From a virus, in IMG/VR virus record IMGVR_UViG_3300045988_143860, positions 1 through 36,637 of that record: 36,637 nt of DNA; one strand, given 5' to 3'. Positions within the stretch are counted from its first letter, which is position 1, and each line of letters starts with the position of its first letter. The notes below the pieces were generated by a model. It was not told where the DNA came from. It saw only the letters and a program-made list of their open reading frames with translations, and ran no database searches. The position numbers were made by a program, and so were the translations under genes. Positions 16,484 through 23,559 of this stretch are shown piece by piece.

Positions 16484-17865
16484 GCGACCTCGGGTTCAGT
16501 CCCGGCCAGACGATCAAGGACTCCTACGGCGGCGCTGCGACGGCGCTCGACCTGTATCTGGTCGATTTCCTGCTGCGTGAACCCGGCTCGCCGCATGCCA
16601 ACAGTGGTTTCTGGGATCTCCGGCATCGCCTGAGCGATCTTGACGATGAAGTCCGAGGAGGCCTGGGGGGAAACGTAGCGTGCGGGCGTCCAGTTGATCG
16701 CGAGTTTCCACGACTCGGCGGGCGGCTCAGACAATCCATCGCGGACCATGACGATGTCGTCGACGACGCGGCGCAGTGGGTCAGCGAAAAGCCTCCACTG
16801 GTATTCGGCCTCGTCAGACAATGCATGCTCCGCGGCCTGCATCGCATCTGCCGACGCGGGATTGTCCGCGAACAGGCCGACAGACGACTGGGGGAGTCCG
16901 GTCGCTGCGCAGAAGTTCTGCGCAAGCTGGCGGTACATGGACAGGTGAGGGTCCATGTTCATTTGCGTGAACTGTCCGACCTCAGGCCTGTCGCCTTCCT
17001 CGTTGACGGTCAGGCCAAGGATTCGGCCCGTGATTGCCGTCCACCGCTCCATGTCTTTGTACACCTTCTCGTCCGCCCCCAGGATGTATCGCTGCGGGCT
17101 GGAGAAGAACTCGGCGGAGGTCTCAGTGCGTACGAGAGTACGGATCGCCGCGTCAGTCAGGTACCTAACCTCTCTGGTGATCCTGGAAGACCCGAAGGGC
17201 CTGGACAGTTGAGGGTTGTAGGCGAGCAACTCGACGAGGACTCGCCCCGTCGGATTCTCCAGGCGCTCCATTGACCATGAGCTGCCAGATCGCTCGAGGA
17301 CGATCGTCCACTCAGGCAGGTAGAGAGTCGCTGACGAGGGCGCGAACGACTTCGGGTTCGTGTAGTCCGTTGAGGACTCGTTGATCGCAAGCGCCGCAGA
17401 CAAGCGACGCAGCCTGCGATCCCACACGCCCGTCGTCCACCTCGCATCGCGCGCCTGCACCATCACCGCAGGCTCTCCACGCGACGTATCGCCAGCGGCG
17501 ACAGTGATAAACGCGCATGAGGACTTGTAAGCCGAGTTGATCGCCTGAATCAGCTCGGTGTCGAACTGATTACGGACGAGGATCTCGCCGACCTCAAACG
17601 GGTCAAGCTGACCAGACAGGGAATAGCCCTCGAAGACATGCTTGCGTGCGAGAGCATTGACGGCTTTCTCCGGCCACCCGAGAGCCGCACGAACCTTGCT
17701 CATCTGCGGCGGAATCGAGATCCCGAGGTCGGTGAACGTGCGGTGACCGTCGTAATAGACGTTCAGGAGCTCATTCTTCACCGCCTTCGCATCAATCCTC
17801 TTCCACATGGCATTGAGGACCGACTGCTCGGCCTCTGTCAGACCCTTCATGACTGGAGCACTCAC
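16480..17865 (-). CDS. Portal protein
   Basis: 461 aa between large terminase and MuF-like gene, with 4-nt overlaps on both sides. Confidence 0.9.
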   Translation of the reverse strand: MSAPVMKGLTEAEQSVLNAMWKRIDAKAVKNELLNVYYDGHRTFTDLGISIPPQMSKVRAALGWPEKAVNALARKHVFEGYSLSGQLDPFEVGEILVRNQFDTELIQAINSAYKSSCAFITVAAGDTSRGEPAVMVQARDARWTTGVWDRRLRRLSAALAINESSTDYTNPKSFAPSSATLYLPEWTIVLERSGSSWSMERLENPTGRVLVELLAYNPQLSRPFGSSRITREVRYLTDAAIRTLVRTETSAEFFSSPQRYILGADEKVYKDMERWTAITGRILGLTVNEEGDRPEVGQFTQMNMDPHLSMYRQLAQNFCAATGLPQSSVGLFADNPASADAMQAAEHALSDEAEYQWRLFADPLRRVVDDIVMVRDGLSEPPAESWKLAINWTPARYVSPQASSDFIVKIAQAMPEIPETTVGMRRAGFTQQEIDQIQVERRRSAAVGVLDRLAGTEPEVA

Positions 17866-19352
17866 AGTACGTACATCCCCTTCCTATCCCCGTCGCCTCG
17901 CGGCCTCCGCTTGGACGTTCGCACAGCCCAGAGCGCCGCAGACACGGCCTCCATCGGCGTCTCATCACCGTCACTCGTCGACGCCGTCCACCCCCATGAG
18001 CCGTCACGCCCACGCTTCTCCTTGTCACACACCGACACCGACCGCTCGAGAGCGTCATCAGGCGGCGCTACAGGGTGAGTGACCGACTTGTCGCGGACAG
18101 CGTCCAAGAAGAGCGCGTTGGCCGCAAAATACTCGCGCGTCCCCATAATGTGCACGACACGCCTTGGCACCTTGCGCTTCAGCAAGGCATCCGCGAGGGC
18201 CTGGCTTCCAGCGCCGCCGAGGAGGGCGATCATGCTCGTCGTCTTCCATCTGTCGGCCAGCCAGTCGGCGACAGCGGCGACACCGGCGTCCGTGCGGCCC
18301 GAGAAGGCATCGATCAGCTCGACGTGTGCCCCGGTGTCTGTGCGGACAGCTCCCGCGAGAGTCTGGCGCAGACCATCAGCAGAAAAGGCGATCGCGAACG
18401 TCCTGACACCGTCGCCTGGCGGTTCACTGACCGCTGTCTCCTCCCACTGGAGTGGAGTGATGAGGCGACTTGCGCCCGCATCGTCCGCCCAAATCCCGAG
18501 GCGATCCTGCTCGAACTTCTCCTTCGTGTACGTCTCGAACTCACCCTGGACGACATCGTGATTGATGAACGCATTCCATGATGGATTCGCTGTCCACCGC
18601 GTGTACTCGGAGGCTGGATCGTAGTCAGGTGATGTCTTGTCAGCCGACCACTCGATCCACGCTGTGGACGTTGACTCGCCATTGATTGCCGACCGTCGGA
18701 CCGAGTCGAAGGTGTAGCAATCATCCTCTTCTTGTGGTGGCGTACCGACGAGCCACACCTGCGGGTTCTCACGCGCCGACATTGTCGAGTTGATCGACGT
18801 CCACGCGCGCGACCCAAGGATCTGCGCCTCGTCCAAGAGCAGACAATCCGACGAGAAGCCTTTGCCTCCAGCGCCGGACCGTGCCTTGAACTTCACCTTC
18901 GATCCGTTCGTGAAGCGGATGGACTCCCTGCCGAACGCATTCATGATCCCGTTCCTTGGGATGCGGTTCCGCAGCCACTGGTTCTCGTCCCTCTCGATGA
19001 CTTCCATCATCTTCTCGAAGGTCTCGCGCGCCGTGTCCTGCTGGTGCGCCGAAATCACGATCCGCCGCTCACAAAAGACCAGCGCACCACCAAAGGAACG
19101 CCAGATAAGGATCTCCGTCTTCCCGTTCTGGCGGGCGATCGACACTCCGACGCGCTTCGCCGCCCACGTCCCATCCGACCGTTCCCCAAGAGACGTCTCG
19201 AAAACATGCTCCTGCCAGCCGAGGAGATTCGTTCCACCCATCGCCGCGAGATCGACGACGTCCTGCCATGAATTAGCCCGAGCGCCTCCCGGATGCACCA
19301 GCACCCGAGGTGGAGCCTCGCCGAGCAGCGCGACGGGCTGCAAGTTCGTCAA
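17862..19352 (-). CDS. terL: Terminase large subunit
   Basis: 496 aa. Walker A-like GVSIARQNGKTEI, Walker B LLLDEAQ, C-terminal nuclease-like half. Start uncertain: ATG 19352 overlaps the upstream ORF by 80 nt; in-frame GTGs at 19304 and 19298. Confidence 0.9.
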   Translation of the reverse strand: MTNLQPVALLGEAPPRVLVHPGGARANSWQDVVDLAAMGGTNLLGWQEHVFETSLGERSDGTWAAKRVGVSIARQNGKTEILIWRSFGGALVFCERRIVISAHQQDTARETFEKMMEVIERDENQWLRNRIPRNGIMNAFGRESIRFTNGSKVKFKARSGAGGKGFSSDCLLLDEAQILGSRAWTSINSTMSARENPQVWLVGTPPQEEDDCYTFDSVRRSAINGESTSTAWIEWSADKTSPDYDPASEYTRWTANPSWNAFINHDVVQGEFETYTKEKFEQDRLGIWADDAGASRLITPLQWEETAVSEPPGDGVRTFAIAFSADGLRQTLAGAVRTDTGAHVELIDAFSGRTDAGVAAVADWLADRWKTTSMIALLGGAGSQALADALLKRKVPRRVVHIMGTREYFAANALFLDAVRDKSVTHPVAPPDDALERSVSVCDKEKRGRDGSWGWTASTSDGDETPMEAVSAALWAVRTSKRRPRGDGDRKGMYVL

Positions 19353-19515
19353 GCGGGTCCACCACCTTCTGCGCCTTCACATCCAACGATTCCAACTCCG
19401 CTAATGTCGCCCGGTACTGGGCCGCCAACGAGGACCGGCGATCCGCAGGAGCCTCATCGATCGACTCCCGCAACACGCCCGCCAGCCATTTCAACTCCTG
19501 AACCCGGTCGAGCAT
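19273..19515 (-). CDS. Putative terminase small subunit
   Basis: 80-aa helical protein with a basic C-terminus directly upstream of terL. Call is by position only. Confidence 0.4.
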   Translation of the reverse strand: MLDRVQELKWLAGVLRESIDEAPADRRSSLAAQYRATLAELESLDVKAQKVVDPLDELAARRAARRGSTSGAGASGRRSG

Positions 19516-19518
19516 GAG

Positions 19519-20049
19519 TCACCTCGCAGAGAAACGATCCAGAGTCGTGCGAATGAAGCGCGCCCGCGTATACCGCTCGGCCTTCACTCCGCCGACCATC
19601 ACGTGAGCGCCCGGCCCCTCGGTAGCCTCCACGAACACGTGCACTCCCTCTCCCGACACTGATCGCTCCATGTACACGACAGGCTCCGGGATCCACTCGA
19701 TGAAATCGCGCGCCGTCTCGTCTGAGACATGATCGAGGTCGTAGCAGCCCAGGCCACCACCGAGCATGACGCCGAAGCCGTCACCAGGACCGCCGTCCTT
19801 CACGTCCTTGAAGGAGACCCAGGTTGTCGGGTCCGTCGACGAAGCCGACCTGCCGTTGACACGGATCGGGCGCTTCCCATCAGCTCGCACCCAGCGATGC
19901 GACGAGATCATCAGTTCGGGGAGTCGCTCGCGTCGCAACTTGCGGACCCGTGCTCGCGTCCCGCACTTCGATGAGCAGTAGATGCGCGGGCGTCCGGCGT
20001 GCGCGTGGGCCTCTACTTCGGCTCCACACTCGGGACAGGTTCCGCTCAT
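19519..20049 (-). CDS. Zinc-ribbon + primase-polymerase (AEP) N-terminal-like protein
   Basis: CPECG...YCSSKCG ribbon, then RWVRADGKRPIRVNGRSASSTDPTTW...GFGVMLGGGLGCYDLDHV, resembling the prim-pol DxD region. TAGAAT lies 6 nt upstream of the ATG. Confidence 0.45.
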   Translation of the reverse strand: MSGTCPECGAEVEAHAHAGRPRIYCSSKCGTRARVRKLRRERLPELMISSHRWVRADGKRPIRVNGRSASSTDPTTWVSFKDVKDGGPGDGFGVMLGGGLGCYDLDHVSDETARDFIEWIPEPVVYMERSVSGEGVHVFVEATEGPGAHVMVGGVKAERYTRARFIRTTLDRFSAR

Positions 20050-20217
20050 GAGTCCATTCTAGAATAAACGTTACACGAATGGAAGGGCTAAAACCCTCAC
20101 CGCAAGCAATAAATGCGCAGGTCAGAGCCTAAATGACGCGTTTCCCGTAACCTCTGTGTGTGGAGATCGCTATGCCTCGTGGAGTGACTCCGGGTCGGGG
20201 GAGGGGGATGCCCCCGG

Positions 20218-20529
20218 TCACCATTGGACAAGATTTGTGACGATCGTCACATTAAATGTCGTGTTCGTGTGTCGCTTCGCACGTGTTCGCGATCCTCGCG
20301 ACTGGTTGCACTGTCTGCAGATGGTGCGCCCATTGTCGAGAGTGTTACGTCCGCCGCGCGCCCACGGCGTGATGTGGTCGGGCTCTGCGCTGTTAGGTTG
20401 GCGACTGTGTTCGTAGTCGAGTGCGGTTCCGCAGTCGGGGCAGTGGGTGATGCCAGCGTGTTGGTCGCGTCGCAGTATCTGGGTTCGCCACCGCTTGTGG
20501 CTGGCTGTTCCTGTCCGGGATGTTGTCAT
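20218..20529 (-). CDS. HNH endonuclease (packaging-associated)
   Basis: CPDCG...EPDHITPWARGGRNTLDNGRTICRQCN, a classic HNH/zinc motif. Located upstream of the terminase genes. Confidence 0.9.
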   Translation of the reverse strand: MTTSRTGTASHKRWRTQILRRDQHAGITHCPDCGTALDYEHSRQPNSAEPDHITPWARGGRNTLDNGRTICRQCNQSRGSRTRAKRHTNTTFNVTIVTNLVQW

Positions 20530-20557
20530 TGATGACTCTTCCCTCGGTATGTTTCAA

Positions 20558-20583
20558 CCCCCGGGGCGTGTGGCCTTCGGGGG
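20558..20583. terminator. GC hairpin at the early/late boundary
   Basis: CCCCCG (20558-20563) pairs with CGGGGG (20578-20583), extendable by G:U pairs. T-rich sequence follows on the + strand. Lies between the hicB-like stop and the HNH start. Confidence 0.4.
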
Positions 20584-20621
20584 TCTTGTTGATACAGTTG
20601 TGCCTCGATTCTAGGGGTATT

Positions 20622-21038
20622 TTAGCATTTTTTGATAGCTGCGCGAGGGATTGCCCAGGTGTCGCCGATTTTGGTTGCGGGGATGGTGTGGGCGGTGATG
20701 CGCTGGAGGATGGCCTGGCGTGAGACTTTGAGGAGCTGGGCCGCTTCGGTGACTGAGATGAGTTTGGGCATGGGAATCTCGTTGGCGAGGGTGTCGAAGC
20801 GTTCGGTGGTTTCGATGGTGAGGGCGTCGATGGTGATTCCGGCGCTTGAGGCGATTGCCTGGGTGGTCTGGATCGCCTGTGTGAGAGTGTTGGCGGGGAT
20901 GGTGAGAATGATCTGCCCTTCGTTTGCGCGAGGGTTGGAGACGGTGACGTGGTAGGTGTTGAGTGCTTCGATGTAGTGGTCGATGTCGGTTTCGGTGAGG
21001 TGTCGTGTGGTGATGGTGGCGTTGTAGTTGGTGGGCAT
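20622..21038 (-). CDS. HicB-like antitoxin candidate with C-terminal HTH
   Basis: 138 aa downstream of a HicA-like ORF. C-terminal HTH: ISVTEAAQLLKVSRQAILQRI..G..WAIPRAAI. RBS GAAAGGA. Confidence 0.45.
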   Translation of the reverse strand: MPTNYNATITTRHLTETDIDHYIEALNTYHVTVSNPRANEGQIILTIPANTLTQAIQTTQAIASSAGITIDALTIETTERFDTLANEIPMPKLISVTEAAQLLKVSRQAILQRITAHTIPATKIGDTWAIPRAAIKKC

Positions 21039-21129
21039 TGATGTGTCCTTTCGTTTTGGTAGTGTGGTGTGCGTGGCCCCTCCGGGCCGGGAGGCACTTG
21101 GCTTGCTTCCCGACTCGGAGGGGTTTCCG

Positions 21130-21327
21130 CTATTTCCAGCGGAACCCGAGACGCTTCAAGGGGCGGAGCGAGTTTTGGATGCTGCGCCAGTCGCTGGGTG
21201 TTCCGGAGAAGACTGTGAGGAGTGTGCCTTCTTCGTCGTAGACCTTGATGTGGCCGCTTTTTGCGGTCTGGGTCTTAAAGCCTGCGGCTTCGATTGCCTT
21301 GATGAGCTTCTTGAGTTCCTTGTTCAT
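21130..21327 (-). CDS. hicA: HicA-like toxin (copy 1)
   Basis: 65 aa: LIKAIEAAGFKTQTAKSGHIKVYDEEG..., HicA-like size, Gly-His motif and basic C-terminus. RBS GAGGAGGTG. Confidence 0.62.
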   Translation of the reverse strand: MNKELKKLIKAIEAAGFKTQTAKSGHIKVYDEEGTLLTVFSGTPSDWRSIQNSLRPLKRLGFRWK

Positions 21328-21346
21328 TGTGTTTCACCTCCTCTCT

Positions 21347-21390
21347 GTTTGACAAGTTTATTCTACATCATCGCCTTGTCGTTTGACAAG
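21347..21390 (-). promoter_or_regulatory. Promoter and operator repeats of hicAB-like module 1
   Basis: On the - strand: TTGTCA (rc 21384-21389), 18 nt, TAGAAT (rc 21360-21365). CTTGTCAAAC occurs twice (rc of 21381-21390 and 21347-21356). The upstream copy is part of the palindrome CTTGTC-N4-GACAAG (21375-21390). Confidence 0.5.
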
Positions 21391-22148
21391 CCTATTGGGG
21401 TGTTTCTCTTCACTCGCCCCTCTATCAGGCGTCGCGCGAGGAGGTTTGCGGTGGCAAGGCTGAGGGTCTGTGGGTGGGTATCAGTGAGCGTAAGCCTGCC
21501 GGTGCGAGTCCAATTGTGCACATCATCCTTCGACAAGTCTGGCCATATGGTGAGGAATTGAGCGACGCTCACGCGAATACCGAGGTCAGTGACAGCTTGG
21601 AGGAGGTTCCGGTCTGAGGCTTTGGTTGCTTCGATGTAGTCGGCGACGTCATGGTAGGTGTGACCACGGGGGCATTCGAGGGGGCCTTCTGCTCCGAGCT
21701 GTGTCATGGCTTGGGTGACGGCCTCGGCGCATCCGGTCTCGGGGCAAGGGCCGATAACGCGCGGCGAGTGCCCCGTCATCTTTGCTATGCGCCCATGAAG
21801 GATTGCTAGCTCGTCTGCAAAAACGTCCCAGTCGTCCCAGGTGTCGGCGAGGTGATGTACGTTATCGGCGATGGCGTGGAGAGTGTTGCCTGTGTAGGTA
21901 ATGCCAGTAGCAGTGACCCAGCGTGTAGCCCATGCGACGATTTGCGCATGGGTGCGGATAGCTGCGACTCCATCACTTTCGGCGTCAACACTGGGGGCGA
22001 TGAGGTCACCGAGATCGTAGCCTGCGCCGTGTGAGTGGGTCGTGATGGTGACGCGGGGGCTTGTGAGGGTGGTGATGGTGTCACTAAGAAGGTGCGCCCA
22101 CGTGTCGAGGTCTCTAAGCTGGCGGGCGGCCTGTTTGGGGTTGGTCAT
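21363..22148 (-). CDS. Hypothetical protein (Cys/His cluster, possible C-terminal DNA-binding region)
   Basis: Likely start is ATG 22146-22148 after GAGGAG (MTNPKQAARQLRDLDTW...). The 56-aa Arg/His/Pro-rich extension in track ORF 21363-22316 looks non-coding. Contains CPETGC...CPRGH. Confidence 0.6.
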   Translation of the reverse strand: MTNPKQAARQLRDLDTWAHLLSDTITTLTSPRVTITTHSHGAGYDLGDLIAPSVDAESDGVAAIRTHAQIVAWATRWVTATGITYTGNTLHAIADNVHHLADTWDDWDVFADELAILHGRIAKMTGHSPRVIGPCPETGCAEAVTQAMTQLGAEGPLECPRGHTYHDVADYIEATKASDRNLLQAVTDLGIRVSVAQFLTIWPDLSKDDVHNWTRTGRLTLTDTHPQTLSLATANLLARRLIEGRVKRNTPIGLSNDKAMM

Positions 22149-22303
22149 GCGTGCTCCTCGGGTGTGTTTGCGGTGAATCCGAGCATTCGGGGTGTGCTGT
22201 CGTGGTTGGCGTGTTCGATGAGGGCTTCGGAGCCTGATGGTTCGGGCTCTGGCTCGCGGTCGTTTCGGTCGATGTTGAGGCTGATGGTGAGCGCGATCCT
22301 CAT
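22145..22303 (-). CDS. Unlisted 52-aa acidic ORF coupled to the downstream gene
   Basis: ATG 22301-22303 five nt after GAGGAA. Peptide MRIALTISLNIDRNDREPEPEPSGSEALIEHANHDSTPRMLGFTANTPEEHA. TGA overlaps the next ATG (ATGA). Hand-counted third-position GC about 75%. Confidence 0.45.
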   Translation of the reverse strand: MRIALTISLNIDRNDREPEPEPSGSEALIEHANHDSTPRMLGFTANTPEEHA

Positions 22304-22409
22304 GCTGGTTCCTCATTGATCTTGGTGATTGTGACAGGGGCGTGTGGTTTTGGTTTGTGGTGTTGTTTTGCGCATTGGCCTTTCCTCATTCTTTTGCTGT
22401 ATATACCCC

Positions 22410-22438
22410 TTGACACTGCTGTTAATAGGTGTTAACAT
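22410..22438 (+). promoter_or_regulatory. Sigma-70-type promoter of hicAB-like module 2 (leaderless transcript predicted)
   Basis: TTGACA (22410-22415), 17 nt, TAACAT (22433-22438), then 6 nt, then ATG 22445. Inverted repeat TGTTAA-N6-TTAACA (22420-22437) overlaps the spacer and -10. Confidence 0.6.
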
Positions 22439-22444
22439 TTATGT

Positions 22445-22645
22445 ATGACGAAGCCGATGCCATACCGAAAACTCACCACACTCCTCAAACAAGCAGGCTT
22501 CACTTCACGCCAAGGCAAAGGCGACCACGAAATATGGTCAAACGGGTCTTTCAGTGTTTCCATCACCCAAACCCGCGAAATCTCCCCAGGCCTCACCCGC
22601 AAAGCACTCAAAACAATCGAAGCAAGCAAAAGGAACACAAAATGA
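22445..22645 (+). CDS. hicA: HicA-like toxin (copy 2)
   Basis: 66 aa: YRKLTTLLKQAGFTSRQGKGDHEIWSNG...ISPGLTRKALKTI, a HicA signature. Confidence 0.75.
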   Translation: MTKPMPYRKLTTLLKQAGFTSRQGKGDHEIWSNGSFSVSITQTREISPGLTRKALKTIEASKRNTK

Positions 22646-23010
22646 ACACGATAACCATCACCGCCCGCCCCTGGAGCGGCGGCTGGGAACTGTGGAACGG
22701 CGACGACATCTGGACACAAGTGCGCACTCTTCCCAAAGCCCGCCAGCAAGTAATCGACTACCTCGACACGATGGAAGAAGACGTCGATCACTCCACCTGG
22801 AACATCACTATCGTCCCTGAGATAGAGCAAGCCGCCCAAGTAAAACAATCCATCGAAGCATCTAAAACAGCTGAAGAATCCGCCAAAGCGGCCTCCGTAG
22901 CGTCCCGAAAAGCAATACGAGCGCTCAAAGAGGCCAACTATTCTCTGGCAGATATTAGCTACATTATGGGCTTGTCTCGCTCTCGCGTCTGCCAACTCGC
23001 TAACTCCTAG
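22642..23010 (+). CDS. hicB: HicB-like antitoxin (copy 2) with C-terminal HTH
   Basis: ATG 22642 overlaps the hicA TGA (ATGA), RBS AAGGA. MNTITITARPWSGGWELW...LPKARQQVIDYL, then HTH YSLADISYIMGLSRSRVCQLA. The longer track ORF 22429-23010 overlaps hicA. Confidence 0.6.
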   Translation: MNTITITARPWSGGWELWNGDDIWTQVRTLPKARQQVIDYLDTMEEDVDHSTWNITIVPEIEQAAQVKQSIEASKTAEESAKAASVASRKAIRALKEANYSLADISYIMGLSRSRVCQLANS

Positions 23011-23056
23011 CATCCACCCCTCACAAGTCCATGTCCGGCCTACTACCCGTCAACAG

Positions 23057-23091
23057 GGTGGGCAGGCAACCCAACGGACTACCTGCCCACC
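23057..23091. terminator. Hairpin between convergent hicB-like (+) and ssb (-)
   Basis: GGTGGGCAGG (23057-23066) / CCTGCCCACC (23082-23091), perfect 10-bp stem with a 15-nt loop. Confidence 0.55.
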
Positions 23092-23106
23092 GTTGTCTTG
23101 GTGGTC

Positions 23107-23523
23107 TTAGAACGGCGGGGTGGCGGGGAATTGTCCTTGCTGCCCCTGCGTGGGGTAGGGGGCTTGAGTGTTCGACATCTGCTGATCGCGTTGTTTCTTA
23201 GGGATGAGGGCAATCTTGGGGAAGCGTAGGAAGAGTTTTTCGCCCTTGCCTCCGTCGTTGCGTGTGAATTCTTCACGGGCGAGGGTGCCGGTGGCGATAA
23301 TCCGATCCCCTTTGTGGAGGAGGTCGCCGTAGCGGTCGGCGTCGTCGTCCCAGAGGGTGGCGTTGATCCAGAGGGGTGCGCCGTCGTCTTCCCATTGGTT
23401 GGTGTTTTTGTTTTTGCGTCTGGGTGTGCAGGCGATGCCGAGTTCGAGGAGGGTTTTCCCGGTTTGGGTGTAGCGGATTGTGGGTTCGCTGATGGTGCCT
23501 TCGATGGTGGTTTCACATGTCAT
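23107..23523 (-). CDS. ssb: Single-stranded DNA-binding protein
   Basis: OB-fold-like N-terminus, Gln/Gly/Pro-rich tail ending ...FPATPPF, typical of an SSB C-terminal tip. Confidence 0.85.
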   Translation of the reverse strand: MTCETTIEGTISEPTIRYTQTGKTLLELGIACTPRRKNKNTNQWEDDGAPLWINATLWDDDADRYGDLLHKGDRIIATGTLAREEFTRNDGGKGEKLFLRFPKIALIPKKQRDQQMSNTQAPYPTQGQQGQFPATPPF

Positions 23524-23559
23524 GGTGCGTGTTCTTTCTTCCTGTGTGTTGCGTTCGGA

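Noticed and set aside
16174-17274. 366-aa + strand ORF antisense to the portal gene, and similar long antisense ORFs in the terminase, tape measure and capsid regions
   Set aside because: Arg/Gly/Pro-rich composition, complete overlap with well-supported structural genes, no RBS. This is the usual shadow ORF of high-GC genes.
20393-21097. 234-aa Pro/Ser/Thr-rich ORF on the - strand
   Set aside because: It overlaps the HNH 5' end and the entire hicB-like ORF in another frame. Low-complexity PST composition is typical of an off-frame read of GC-rich coding DNA. No RBS.
21039-21129. CCGGGCCGGG-containing segment between hicA-like and hicB-like ORFs considered as a hairpin or terminator
   Set aside because: The apparent symmetry is a direct repeat (CCGGG CCGGG), not an inverted repeat. 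No stable stem could be drawn.
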